DNA from: Chiloscyllium plagiosum
Lineage: Eukaryota
Direction: 5' to 3'
NCBI RefSeq assembly: GCF_004010195.1
Contig: NC_057751.1
Location: forward strand, 5,573,223 to 5,637,222
DNA length: 64,000 nucleotides
Both the position numbers and the translations under genes were made by a program. The notes below the pieces were generated by a model, which saw only the letters and a program-made list of their open reading frames with translations, searched no databases and was not told the DNA's origin. Shown here in pieces: positions 11,801 to 24,792 of the stretch. Within the stretch, counting starts at the first letter, position 1. Every line of letters starts with the position of its first letter.

Positions 11801-14800
11801 CAATGTAAATGCATCCTATTTTCAGCAATGACAAGTTTACAGAGGTCATCCCAATTATAAATAAAGGCAAAGGGATTTGCAACAAAAGAAATAAATGACA
11901 GCAATTCCAGAGGCATAAGACCACGAAGTATACAAATGCTGGTGTCATTCAATCCAAACTCTATTCTTCAATTCATAATATTGACCAAACATTGAAATAT
12001 ACGTAACATTACAGGCAGTATCATTTTTAAATCTTGGAAGATTCTGAAGAGACAGGAAAAGGTTTATTAAAAAAAAAGACAAATTACCCAAGTGCTGATC
12101 ATTTAACATCCAAATTATTTCCAAATAATTTTTCTGAATAAACTGAAGCTTGATTCACAAAAGTGAACTTCCATTGACAGTGAAACTGTTTTTAGCAGAG
12201 AATGGGTGAGAAATGCAAGGTCGATGTGAAATTGAGCTCAACCGCAGCATTGATCGCAAAAATACGGAAAAGTGAATTCCCCTTAAAGTGACATGGTCAA
12301 ACAGTTCAACTGATTGTTATTGTCCATGAACCATATAGTTCAGTGTGATCACAGCTTTCATACCTGCTTTTGGATGCCACGTTTGATTTTAGTTGCTGTG
12401 ATTAACTTCGCAAACTTAAGCAGCGTTCCAGCTATTCATCAAACTTGGCTGGAAAATTTGTCTGCCGGCAAAAAAGGGACTTCATATCGTGATGACAACT
12501 CAGGAAGAAAGGGCAGATTTGCATTTATGCAGCACCTTTTCTGATTCCAGCACATCCCGAAACATATTACAGCCTGTGTAAAGTGTGGTCGCCTTGGCAT
12601 CCTACTTTTCAAGGAGCCAATTCCCATGAAATGAAAAATGGAATAAAGGACCAAATCCAATGAGTGCAAAAATGTTTGAGCAACAATGCTGGAGGGGACA
12701 CTGGGCGATCTACTGTGTGCCTTTTCAAATGGTGTTGCGGAATCTATCTTCGTTTTAGTTTCATGGGTTACCAACAGCTTGCAGAGTGCAGCACACATTC
12801 AAGACTGCACGAGAGTGTCAGCCTGGCTTACTGACCACGTATCAGCACTATAACCACCGAATCAAGGGTGACACCTTATAAGATGGCCACAGACCTGGAA
12901 ACTAGTTCTTGAAACAGAATTTGATAAATTACTGAAATAAAGCCAAGAAGCAACATGCCATCCTTTCAGCACTCAACATCCCTGGCACCAATTCTTTTCG
13001 AATAACATTTTTCTGATAGTATGAAGCGACTGAACTCTCGATTATTTCTCCATTTTCTGTGCAAGAGTTAAAGTGCGACGTGTTCACCTATTCAAGGCTT
13101 AATCATTCATCAAAGTACGTCGGCAGATCCCAGCTTTCCCAAGAAATAAAGCAACATTTCAGGAATAAAAGTAAACTACATATTGAATAAAAAACACAGG
13201 GCCATTTGAGGAACATTCTTTTACACTGGTTCAATCTTGACAGCCTTTTGAGACAATCCACATAAAATTCTTATGTAATATCCCTTGTAAATAGAGGTAC
13301 AGTAGCACAATGTGTGATGTCCCACTCTCTGGGTTGGAAGGCCTGGGTTCAAGCCCCACTCTAGGACCCAACAGCCAAGGAAGATATGTTTGTAACAGCC
13401 TAATTGGTTGACTGCCAGGGTGTAAATTCTTCCAAGATATGCCAATTGCAGGCAGTGAGATCATAAGAAATTCCTCGTAAGCCAGGTCATGGAAAGGGCA
13501 CTACCACAGCCTCACGCACTGTGCCACAGCATTTTTCGTGACAGGGGTTGTGATGAGAATTTCATGTGGATTGTCCCAAAAGGTTGCCGAGATTGAATCA
13601 ATCCAAAAGAATGTTCCTCACACAGCCCTAGCCGTTTTATTAAATATTTAGTTGACTTTTCTTCCTGAAATGTTGCTTCATTTCTCAGGAAAGCAGCAAT
13701 GTACACATCTGTTGCCAGAGCAACTTGGACTTGGTTGGCCACAAACAGCAGAGGGTCGGATCCCCATTCCAGATGGGATGGATTCTCGATCTGCCTCCCC
13801 TTGCTGTCCCTATGGCGGAGGGTGTGGCTGCTGTGGGCTGGACCGGTTTTCAGATGCATGCATCTGCGGCAACCTTAGGTACTTAGTTGGAAAAACACAA
13901 GACACATGCAGACTGCGTGATCTACAATATGCTGGGGGAATTTATCAACGCGAATTATCTTCTGCATAAAAGTGCTCCTTTGGTGAATTTATTTTATAGT
14001 ATTGTGCCTGAGAAGAGAAACCCAGAAACCAGGTAAACTATGAAGGCAGTCTTGCATGACATCAGAAGACTGCAACATACCACAATGCTTCAATTCCACA
14101 TTTCCAAAATAGCCAAGAGGCAAATGAACAGGTAGCTCTGTTTATCAAGTCAGTTTAGTGTAAAAGCACAGTTTATTGAGTGAACCAAAAAGCATCGAGT
14201 TCCTGTTGCATTAACTAAGCCCAAAAACTGTGGCTGCTTTACTTCTAACTTCAATTGTTAATTCTCCAGCATGTGCAAGAGCATGGGCACAGTCTATCTG
14301 TGATGAATCAAAGGTTGTTTGTTAAAGGTTTATTGGATGAAAAAAAAGATTTCTCATGCTTGAAGCCATATTCAAACAACCGACCTCAAAAAAGGAAGGG
14401 AGCATTTTTTTCCTTCAACCACCTTGGACATGAAATGGGGCAACTCTTGAGGTTTTATGATGGAGAAATTGTTAGGAATTCTGTTTGCAGACAAATGATT
14501 TTTTTCTACATCTTTAAGAATGCCTCAGTCATTCCATCTAAGCTTTCTCTTTAAGACTTCCAAGGCCACCTGACATTATTCACATTTCCGTTTGTTTTCT
14601 TTTAGACACATCTTTCCTTCTGGTAACCCCCGACTATTTTCTGTGCAATATGAGACTGTTAAGGCATGACAATAAAGTCACATTGCAGACGTTTAAGGTG
14701 AGCCGTGGAGAAGTGTTAGAGATGGTGCTGACATGGATTTTTATCTAGTATTTCACTTTGTCCACTCAGTGTAAGCTGACAGATAACAGTGAGTTGCCTC

Positions 14801-14948
14801 ATTGCCAAATCCCAGATTTGTGATGGTGACCTTCATGCAAAATTGCTGATTGTCTCTAATGGAGAGAGATGCCAGTAGTCCTTTTTCAGCTATGGCTCAT
14901 TAACAAGTGTTCAAAGAATTGGTTAGTCCTTAAGAGTAAGTAGAGAAT

Positions 14949-15145
14949 TGGGGTGGCACAGTGGCTCACATTGCTGCCTCACAGCACCAAGGACCCAATT
15001 GTCCACTGTCTTCAGGAATGTGTAGGTTGGGTGCATTAGTCAGAGGTTAAATGTTGGGGAATTGGTCTGGGTAGGTTACTCTTCGGAGGGTCAGTGTGGA
15101 CTTGTTGGAACGAAGGGCCTGTTTCCACACTGTAAGGATTCTATG
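14949..15145 (+). mobile_element. HE1-like V-SINE, internally deleted
   Basis: Head ggtggcacagtggctc and tail gaagggcctgtttccacactgt present, V-domain missing. Confidence 0.75.
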
Positions 15146-15589
15146 AGCATTCTTTGTCTAGGCTTGGTCAGATTAACTGGAGAGAACATTCACATCTTCA
15201 AACAAGTCCCATTGTCAAGACTCCATTATTTCACTATATATGTCAGAAAGCAACTCACTGTTATTCTTCAGCTTACTCTGCTGAACAAAAAGAATTTCCA
15301 GAAAAAGTACTGAAGACAAAGGAAAGTTTTTGTATTATGGCACTTTGAAGCGAATCATCATCATTCCAAGAGAGCTACCAGAACAACTTTCTTGCAACAT
15401 GGCCAACAAAAGCTGTTTTACTCTGGTCTTTCAGCCAAGAGATTTGGTGGACATGGATTCAATATCACTGAACACTCCACCCAATCAACTTTAGATACAA
15501 TGACTAACTCATGGGTCAACCCAAGGGCCTTCTTGGAAACAGAATTAGAAGTTGGTGCACAACAATTTGGTAATCCAAATGCTCATTTT

Positions 15590-16660
15590 CACTTCTTTTC
15601 ATGGGGCACAAGTGTCACTGTCAAGGCCTACAATTGTTACCTTTACTAAGCTATCCTTGAGAAGGTGGTGATGAGCCACTGCAGTCATTGGTTGCAGCGT
15701 AGGTACAGTCACAGTGCTGTGAGGAATGGGTCTTGAGGACTTTATCCCTTCAACAATGAAGGAATAGTAATATATTGTGGGCGGCACGGTGGCACAGTGG
15801 TTAGCACTGCTGCCTCACAGCGCCAGAGACCCGGGTTCAATTCCCAACTCAGGCGACTGACTGTGTGGAGTTTGCACGTTCTCCCCGTGTCTGCGTGGGT
15901 TTCCTCCGGGTGCTCCGGTTTCCTCCCACAGTCCAAAGATGTGCAGGGTCAGGTGAATTGGCCACGCTAAATTGCCCATAGTGTTAGGTTAAAGGGGTAA
16001 ATGTAGGGGTAGGGGTATGGGTGGGTTGCGCTTCGGCGGGTCAGTGTGGACTTGTTGGGCCGAAGGGCCTGTTTCCACCCTGTAAGTAATCTAATCTAAT
16101 TTCCAAAACAAGATACTGTGCAGCTTGGAGAGGGGGCGTTGCAGATTGTCGTGTTCCCGTGTATCTGCTGCCCTTGTCCTTCCTCGTGGTATAGGTTACA
16201 GGTTTGGAAGATCCTGTCAAAGGAGCCTTCCTGAGTTGCCACAGTGCATCCAATATGTGGTACATATTGCTGCTACTGTGCAGGGTGGTGGGGGGAAGCA
16301 ATGCTTCATATAGTGAATGTGGTGCCAGGCTGCTTGGTCCTGCACTCACCTGTCACACTCCAACTTGTGCTTTGGAGATGGTGACAAGCTCTGGGGAGTT
16401 GGAGGATGGTTACTAGCTGCAGAACCGCTGTAATCCATCTGCTATAACAGGCAGTGCTGTCAGGAAATGAGTTATGCACCATTGAATTCCCAGCCTCTAA
16501 ACTGCTTTTGCACCCACGGTTCTGAAGTGACTAGCCCAATGAAGGTTATTGGTAACTCCTAGCCATATTGGCAGAGGACGTTGCAATGATGGTAATGCCT
16601 TTGAATATCCAAGGGAGATGGTTAGACACTCCTCATTGGGGATACCTATTCCCAGGCATT
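15590..16660 (-). mobile_element. L2/CR1-clade LINE fragment interrupted by the V-SINE at 15778-16100
   Basis: Sequence on both sides of the SINE is co-linear with 39220-39820. Confidence 0.6.
15778..16100 (+). mobile_element. HE1-like V-SINE, full length, nested in a LINE fragment
   Basis: tRNA-like A/B boxes (tggcacagtgg, gggttcaattcc), V-domain (ttctccccgtgtctgcgtgggtttcctccgggtgctccggtttcctccca), CR1-like tail ending (aatct)n. Confidence 0.9.
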
Positions 16661-17368
16661 AGACCAGCATTTTGACTCCAACAAGATATTCTTCATGCAG
16701 GAACTGCACAGAAGCATAAAGAAGCCAGACGTTATTTGGCAATTGCACAAAGGACTTCAAGATCAAGACCTTTGTCCACCACTGCCACATTCAGGATTCT
16801 CAGACAAGACTGAGAACAAGACTGCAAAGAAGTTCCAGAAATCATGTCAACATCCAAGCTCGAAAAAATAAGATCTTCTCAACATAATTCGTCATGCTCA
16901 TAACTACTCTGTCTTTCAGATGAGACAAAACTATTCACAGAACCCATTGCAGAGAATGACTGCTGAAGAGTGGGAACATTTAGAAGCAAAGTCCCATCAA
17001 ACCACATGCAATGTTTAAAGGCCAGCCTTGGCAGCTCATCAATATTATTTTCAGCCACCCAGTGAAGTGAGTTTCAGTACATTAACACAAATACTTTTTT
17101 CCAGTAACTTGAATGAAGCATTCAATTCAAACCTTCCAAGTTACTACTGGAAATAGGATGAACTGGAAACGAAAATTACAGTAAAATTGGAGCACTGACA
17201 TAACTTGGACATTATTCAGGACATCTACAGGAATTAACAATCAGGATTGAATGACACCTGCATTTTGTTTCCTCTGGCCTGTGATGGTCTAACGAAAAGC
17301 ATAAAGAATGGAAATAAAGCAGGATGTTTCTACTTTGAACACTGAACATGGTTTCGATCAAAGCTTAC

Positions 17369-17470
17369 CTTGTGAATTTTTTGATAACACAGGAATAGGG
17401 TCAAATTCATCTTCTTCCACTTTGTCATTTTTAACAGACAGATCAAAGTCTGAGATGAGGTTAGTATCCT
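17369..17470 (-). CDS. AAK1: AAK1 exon W15, [34 protein letters not shown]
   Basis: 102 nt, phase 1 to 1; acceptor atgctgcag, donor gtaagc; DEFDPIPVL motif. Confidence 0.93.
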
Positions 17471-17792
17471 CTGCAGCATGTAAAAGGGAGGAGGTATGGT
17501 TGTTACGAGGCAAGATTAATCAGGAAGTTAAAGACATTAAACAGGAAGGAAAGGGTTTAAGTGTGACAAAACTGGTGGCTCACGGCTTGAAATCCATACT
17601 TCAAATTCTGGCAAACTTCATGCAAGCATGCTGTAGACAATATAAACATGATATAATGGAGTCCACCTCGCTCTGCAATCTGCATCAGATACAGCTCTCA
17701 CTTCTGCACTGCAAGCCTCCTTGTGTTTTCCAAAATTAGAATGATACAATGTTCTGAAGGACTGTTTCTCTGACCTGTCACCCACAGTAATC

Positions 17793-18107
17793 TAGATTAG
17801 ATTCCCTACAGTGTGGAAACAGGCCCTTCGGCCCAACCAGTCCACACCAACCCTCCAAAGAGTAACCCACCCAGACACATTTCCCTCTCACTAATGCACC
17901 TAACATTATGGGCAATTTAGGCTGGCTAATCCACCTGACCTGCACATCTTTGGACTGTGGGAGGAAACCGGAGCACCCAGAGGAAACCCAAGCAGACACT
18001 GGGAGAATGAGAAAACTCCACAAAGACAGTCGCTTAAGGCTGGAATCAAACCTGGGTCACTGGCGCAGTGAGGCAGCAGTGCTAACCACTGAGCCACTGT
18101 GCCACCC
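17793..18107 (-). mobile_element. HE1-like V-SINE
   Basis: Reverse-complement copy of the 15778-16100 family. Confidence 0.9.
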
Positions 18108-21100
18108 TATTTTTGACATTTGACACTTTTTATTTTCTCTCTTGCCTTCATCAATCAAAATCTGCGGCAAATGAAAAAAAACTCTCTATCACACGCCAAC
18201 CCCTTCACCATCCGTCTGCCAAACCACGTCCCTCACCAACAGTTTCTCCCCACCCCCCCAAACATTCCTTGAGAAAAGGCCAGCCCTTCAAGATGCAGAA
18301 CATACAATGTGGGTCAACTGCACACATAAGCCTCCGTTCTCTGCAATTGGCTCAGTCTGTCAATGCCTAACTCCATGAATGCTTCAGATGTTCAAATGCA
18401 CTTTGCAATGCAATATTTGCACATGATGTTTCCTTACACATCACTGTGACTAATGGTGCTCAAGTAAAACAATTCAAATCATAAAGTCATTATAGCTTCA
18501 GGGATTAAACTGGCAAATCATCTTTAAATATTCAAGAAAGCTGCCATTTCCCATGTCAAGTATCTGGGTCAGACTGTGGCAGCAAAACTCTGCTTTTTTA
18601 AATGGTGCATTCGCATTTGGCAAAGTCGAGAATCCTCTGCTTTCAACTGTAAAACCAAACATCAATGTATATTCTGGATTTATAAGTTTCCAACCTCTCT
18701 TTGTATTGTCCTTCATGTCCCAGCATGAAGGGAGCTTGGATCCATGTGCACCCAATGGCTTATGGGTGCTGTCTCACAACACAAACTGGCATTCCACATG
18801 GAATTTGCAAGCAGCAGAATCCAAGTAAAATGCATCTGGAAATGTGTAACGTGGCTGCCTGGCTTCCACACTCTCTCTCACTCACACAGAGTCAAAATAT
18901 TGCAGACACTGCGAACATGAAAGAAAAACAAAACACTTAGCAGTCAGGTAACATTTTTAGAGAGTGAGAGAAAAAAAGACAGCTAACATTTCAGACCAGT
19001 GATCCCTCATCTGAACTGAAATCTTATTGAACTGAAATGTTTTCTCTGTTTCTCTCAACACCAGCGTTGCCAGACTTGTTCAGTTACTCCTGCATTCTCT
19101 GTCTCACTCACTGTAAGGAACTGTGAAGCTTACAATATCAATAATTACACCTCATCTCTGCAGCAAAAAGCCATACATGAAGTTCTTCAACTGTGGGCGA
19201 GACAAGATAGGGCAAAGGGACAACACAGCTGCTAAACCTCATAAATGCACAAGCATTTCACAACCACTGCACTGGATCAGACTCGACCCCCATTTGCACA
19301 AATATAAGATCGTGCCTCAAATTCAGGGACAGAATACAGCACTCATCATCTTTTCAATTGGTGAAAGGACAAAAGATCACACAGAGGTCAAAGGGACACA
19401 CTCTTAAATGGGAGGTGAGTAAACTGGCATTTATGTGAATAAACTGCTGTCGTTTCTGGGTGAATTGGCAAATACTGTTCCCAGTCAGAGTCTTGCACAG
19501 CCATTAAAGCTATTTCCAGATTAGTTTAAGGGGAATGGAACTAAAACAGAGACACCTGGTAAATTGCTGATTCATACAATGTTACAGCGCATGGAGAAGT
19601 CATTTGGCCAACTACGTCCCAACTACATCAAAGAGCTTTCAAGTCAATCCGATTAGCTGTTTCTCCCCTACCAATCCTAGCTCTCCAATCTTGATACACT
19701 ATAATCATTGACTCAAATTCCTTCAAATGGTACTGACAAATCTGTCAGCATTATATTTTCTGACATCTCATTTTTGACCCCAACAATGAAATGCATGATA
19801 ATTCTCAGCACCCTTCTGGTTCCTTTCTCCTCTATCTGCTTTCTGTGCACTCCGGATGCCAACATTCCCACCAGTCAAAGCACTTTTCCTTGATCTACTC
19901 GATCAAAATCCTTCAAAATTTCAGATAAATTCACAAAATCTTCCCGAATCATTTCTGGCATCTCTTATTTCTTCAGACAGATGAATTCCCTGCTGCCCAT
20001 TACTGCAACAAAGGCAGATTTTCTCTTGGAGCCATAGCAGACCCAATTGGAATGGGTGTGTGCAATCAGGAAATGAACAGCTGGAGACATGACATGATAT
20101 CACCTTCCTTGACATTGCTGGGTGACTGCTGCAGTACAAACCAAGGTCAGTCAATTATTCATGATAAAACCATGTCCATGACTGAAAAGCCAAGCAGAGG
20201 GTGAAAACACATTGCCTTGAACAGACCACCACTTTTGCAACTTGCAAAGTTTAGAGCTCCCTCTCTAGAAAGGTCCAATGAAGCAAAGGAAAAACTTGGC
20301 CAGAATAATAAAGCAAAGAATTTTTCATCTAAATTTGTATTTAATAAGCCTTCAGGGCAGGTGAAGAAAACACTGCTTGATGCCATCTGCATATGAAGAA
20401 GACAACTCATGGTTCAAAGAAAATGAGAATACTCTTCATTGGTTGTCTCCCCCTCCGACTCCAGACTCAAATACAGTTAGCAACTCCAAGTTCCTTCAAA
20501 TTAGCATATTTTAACCTTGCTTGAAAGTGCCCAAGACTTGAATTAAGTTTTAGTGTTTGGAAGGGAGTATGGGAAGAAGAAAGAAAGAGTCATTGCCTCT
20601 GTCATCACCTGTCAATTGTTCCTGCTATTCAGCTAACACTATTGAAACTGAAACTGGATCAGTGAAAGAAAATGCAATGCAGAGATTCTTAGAAGTCATG
20701 AGCACATGGATCTGTATTGAAGTTCACAAACAATGACAATCTCTATTTGGAGATAACTGCTCCTAAGAATGAAATCATTTCACTTGAAGTAAAGAGACAG
20801 AACTTATAAAAAAAAATGGAAAGGCTCACTAACAAGTTACAAAAGCACAGTACTGAATACAAGCCAAACAATAATAAATAGGATTTGCAATGGTATGTTG
20901 TAAAAGCCAGATAAAGTCATCAAGATGTACAGAATGTTCATAGCAACACAGTCCTGGTTTTGATTAAAAGCCTGGTAAGAAAATAGACTCAGATCCTTCT
21001 CTGCCATACCACTCGGTAAACATTAGATCCCATTTTGTCGGGTATTTCTGTTGTGCAAAACTAAGCAGTTTGCTCAAAAATCTGAAAATAAATTCCACCC

Positions 21101-21235
21101 ACAGCTTCGAGCTACAGCATGTGACTTTCTTAAAAAAGATCTGGAAGAGATTAAAACCACAGGAGGAAATAAAACGTGCCAAGACCGAAAAGCCAAAGCT
21201 CTGAAGAAATAAAACGCAGGACTAGGTGTCCTTAC

Positions 21236-21346
21236 CTGGCTTAACCTGATGAGATGAAATTACAGGAGTAAATTCATCAATAATTTCAGTCGCTGGGTTA
21301 GAGAGGAGAGAATAGTCAAGAATGGAGTCCTCTCCGGTGAGAGAGT
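21236..21346 (-). CDS. AAK1: AAK1 exon W14, [37 protein letters not shown]
   Basis: 111 nt, phase 1 to 1; acceptor tttgaaaag, donor gtaagg; matches AAK1 [18 protein letters not shown]. Confidence 0.93.
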
Positions 21347-23313
21347 CTTTTCAAAGTTCAGCAGTAGCAGATGCAAGTCAGAGAAGCAGAAAGAGAAAGA
21401 ACAAAAAATAAAGCAAATGGTTAATTAAATGGTTAGTTACTCCACAAATGAAAGTGTTTGTGTGCACGCGCGTGTGCTGGGGGGGGCGAAGGTGGGGGTT
21501 GGTAGGGTTGCACTATATAATTACAGTTGTGCTTCTTCCCCATATCCTAACTTCAGTGGAAAGAAAAACACTGAAAAATAACCAACAGCAAACTCAAGAA
21601 TCCCCTGGCTTGCATCAATAATTCCCTTCACCAAAACACATTGCAGTTTGTCACCTGTTTGTACTTGGAAATTTCAGAATATTGAGAGAGACGAAGTGGT
21701 CACATTTGGATCACAAAAGAAATGCGACCTGCAGGAGCCCAATTGAGTCTTTCCCCAAGACTGACAAACTGGGTTTGAGTTAATCCTTTTCTGAACCACA
21801 TTTTTCTTATGTCTCAATACAGAGATAGCTATCCTGAACTGTTTGTGTTGCAAACATAACAACTCATGCTGTATGTACCATTCAGATCAAGAATCCAAGA
21901 TATTTTTAATTTGGAATTTCAACATCACAGCAAAAGTGACATTGCTCCAATTTAACGCCAGTGCAATGCCTGGGTGGGTCGGTCATAGAAGCTCACAGTC
22001 AACTGGAAATAAAAACTTAGTGCTGCTGATTCCCAAATTCACACAGCGTGGATGTCCAAACTTGTTGCCTCCAGATTCAAACCACACACGTGCACAATGC
22101 GTATAAGTTAAGCTAGCTAACCTCACTTCATCCTGTGCGTCTGGAACCAACACCACAGCTCTTGACTTTGGATGGGTAGACACAGTATAAACGCAGTCTT
22201 AAATGCATGCTCATGTCTGACATTGACTGGGCAGCCAATTTAACTCTTGTGATGTTACTCAGCAGTGGAGCAATGCAAAAACAGTGACGCAAAATTGTAC
22301 AGCTGACAAAGTGAAGCTCGTAAAAAAATATCAAGATCAATTTTTCCTATTTTATTTTCTGAACAAACAAAATGAAAGATGATCTTACCACTCAAAAATG
22401 ATGATACTTCTAATCAATTTAGAGTTTAATACTTGCACACTTAGTTATGAAGCCCTCCCTGGAAAAAGATGCATTCCCTCCCTGGACAAAGATCCCCATA
22501 TGCATTCTTGGCTGCTCCAGGACCAACCTTCTCCACCTTCCCAACACACTTCCAACAGCTATATCTCTTGGGAGTTAGCAAGAGGTACAGCCAAGAGGGA
22601 GGTCATAGGTCCATTGAATCTGTGCCAGCTCTTTCCAACAGCATACCTATTAACCCTGGCTCCCCCATCGCTTGCCTCATATTCCTCAAATGTATTCTTC
22701 TTTAAGCATTTATCTGATGGCCTTTGAAGACTAACCACTAAATCTGCATGCACTACCTTTTCAGAAATGTGCACTCCAAAATTCAAACCATTTGTCACTT
22801 AATAACCCTCACAGGCCTGCCCTGTGAAACTTCCCTACTCAAATCACAGCACCATGCCAACACCTTCTCCACTTGTAAATGACTCCTGAATCCTTCTCCC
22901 GAATCATGCATCATTTGCCCCTTTTCCCTGACCGTAGCACTAATGCAGTTTCAGTGTGTGCACCCTGAAGCTAGACTTAGAAATGACAGAGTTGCATTCA
23001 GCTATCTTCCCCTTACTTTGACCAACACAAATCTATGAACTAAAAGCTCGTTAAGGTGCTATTTTCTATTGTCAGGAAACTAAATTGCACATAAGACTGA
23101 GAAAGGAGTGAGAGAGAAGACAGATTAAAAGGTAGAAAGGTGAGTATAAATTTGGAGAGGAAAGTGCAAAGGATGTTTCTGCAAGACTGGTCTGTGCCAG
23201 GGCCTAGTTTTCAAATTGCTGACTTGCCAACTGGAAAACAATAGATAAAACATTCATCATTGCAAGCTGTGGTGACAACAGGCATTGAGATGAACTGCAC
23301 TGGACATACCAAC

Positions 23314-23430
23314 CTGAAGCATTCTTTGTAGCCACAACACTTAAAGATTCCACCTGCATTGGAGGCAGTCGCTGAGGCTGTGAGGGCTCAAATCCAGATA
23401 TGAGATTTCCCACCGCTATCTCAGCCTTTC
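23314..23430 (-). CDS. AAK1: AAK1 exon W13, GKAEIAVGNLISGFEPSQPQRLPPMQVESLSVVATKNAS
   Basis: 117 nt, phase 1 to 1; weak acceptor ggttaaaaag, donor gttggt; similar to AAK1 [22 protein letters not shown]; boundaries less certain. Confidence 0.82.
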
Positions 23431-24690
23431 CTTTTTAACCAAAGCACAAACAGACAATTAAAAAGGCAAGCACACAGAAAAGGAAATGTTAAGATGTCTC
23501 AAGAACACTGCCAAGCTGCCACAGAGCCCAAAGGAAAACTAGTTAAGCTTTAGGTAATTACAGATAATTTGCACTCTTCAACAACAGCTCCAATAATCTT
23601 TGTACTATTATTAAAAACGCAGATGCGGCAACTCAACTCTTCTAGATAGTTCTCAGAGGATAGTTAATGCTGACAATAAAAGTACTTCACTAAGGTTTAC
23701 TCCGCTAATATTATTAGAATTGTGCATCAGAATTCTGCCACGATCTGCAAAAAGATGCCATGGTTCATAAATCCACAGTTCCACATTTAAACTGGGGATG
23801 CATTGTGCAATGTGCTTTGACTAAGCAGTAGATTTTTGAATGAATACTGAAAAACCAATGAATTGGAAGTGGAAGGCCAAGAGATAAATGTTACAGGTCT
23901 GAAAAATAACTTGCTTCACCTTGCTGGCAGAGTATCAAGTCACAGAGCAACAGAACTCATCAGCAATGGACACTTTTGCGTTAAATGACAAGTTAGAGTC
24001 ATAGTTTTGTCAGCTGCAAAAGCTGTCACCAACTAAGTGCCTGTGTAACACAGGCATGATCTGACACACGCGCCACTGCTGCAGCCAGGTATTCCTCGAA
24101 ACACTTAACACGGTTTATTTCAGTCCAGTCTGGACTACAGTCACCACCCTTTACAGGACAGAGCTGCACAATGGAAATGGAGGACAGGGCGAGAAGCTCA
24201 CAAGAACCACAGGACGCACACACAGTAGCAGAAACAAAAGGATGAGGTAATCGAGTGGAAGTGTAACAAATGGGACCCGAAAGAATTTTCAACCTCAACC
24301 CCTGATACCGATGACAGGTATTTGAAACAACTGACCAGGGAGAATGCACAGAGCCCACAGCAGTTGTGTGGCCAAATTGGCCATTTCATGGACAGCACCA
24401 CTGACATATATAATCATCGCGGATAAAGATGTATCACAATGCCATCTCAAACGCAGAGCCTTTGAACCCCGGTGTTTGTACAAAGTGGGGAGACACAACA
24501 CCAGACAGAAGTCAAGAAGGACATTGAAAAATTAGTTGCGTACATTCAATTTTTATGTACTCATCATTTGTCACACTTCTTGACACTCCGGTTGAATGGA
24601 ATCAATCTGTAACAGCTGAAAATACTCCAGATTCCTGCAATATGATCATGCACATCAAAAAAAACTGCATCTGCAGATTTTTGTTTTTAC

Positions 24691-24792
24691 CATTGATATT
24701 ATCCTCAGTACTCCCAAAGGGGTCACCAAGAGGTAAAAGGTCAGGGAGCAGAAATGAAGTCTCAGGAGACTTCAAACCTTCAATGAGCTTTT
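24691..24792 (-). CDS. AAK1: AAK1 exon W12, [34 protein letters not shown]
   Basis: 102 nt, phase 1 to 1; acceptor tgacacag, donor gtaaaa; strong match to AAK1 [10 protein letters not shown]...DPFGST. Confidence 0.95.

Noticed and set aside
15778..15850. tRNA-like A/B boxes
   Set aside because: SINE heads with no complete cloverleaf; not tRNA genes
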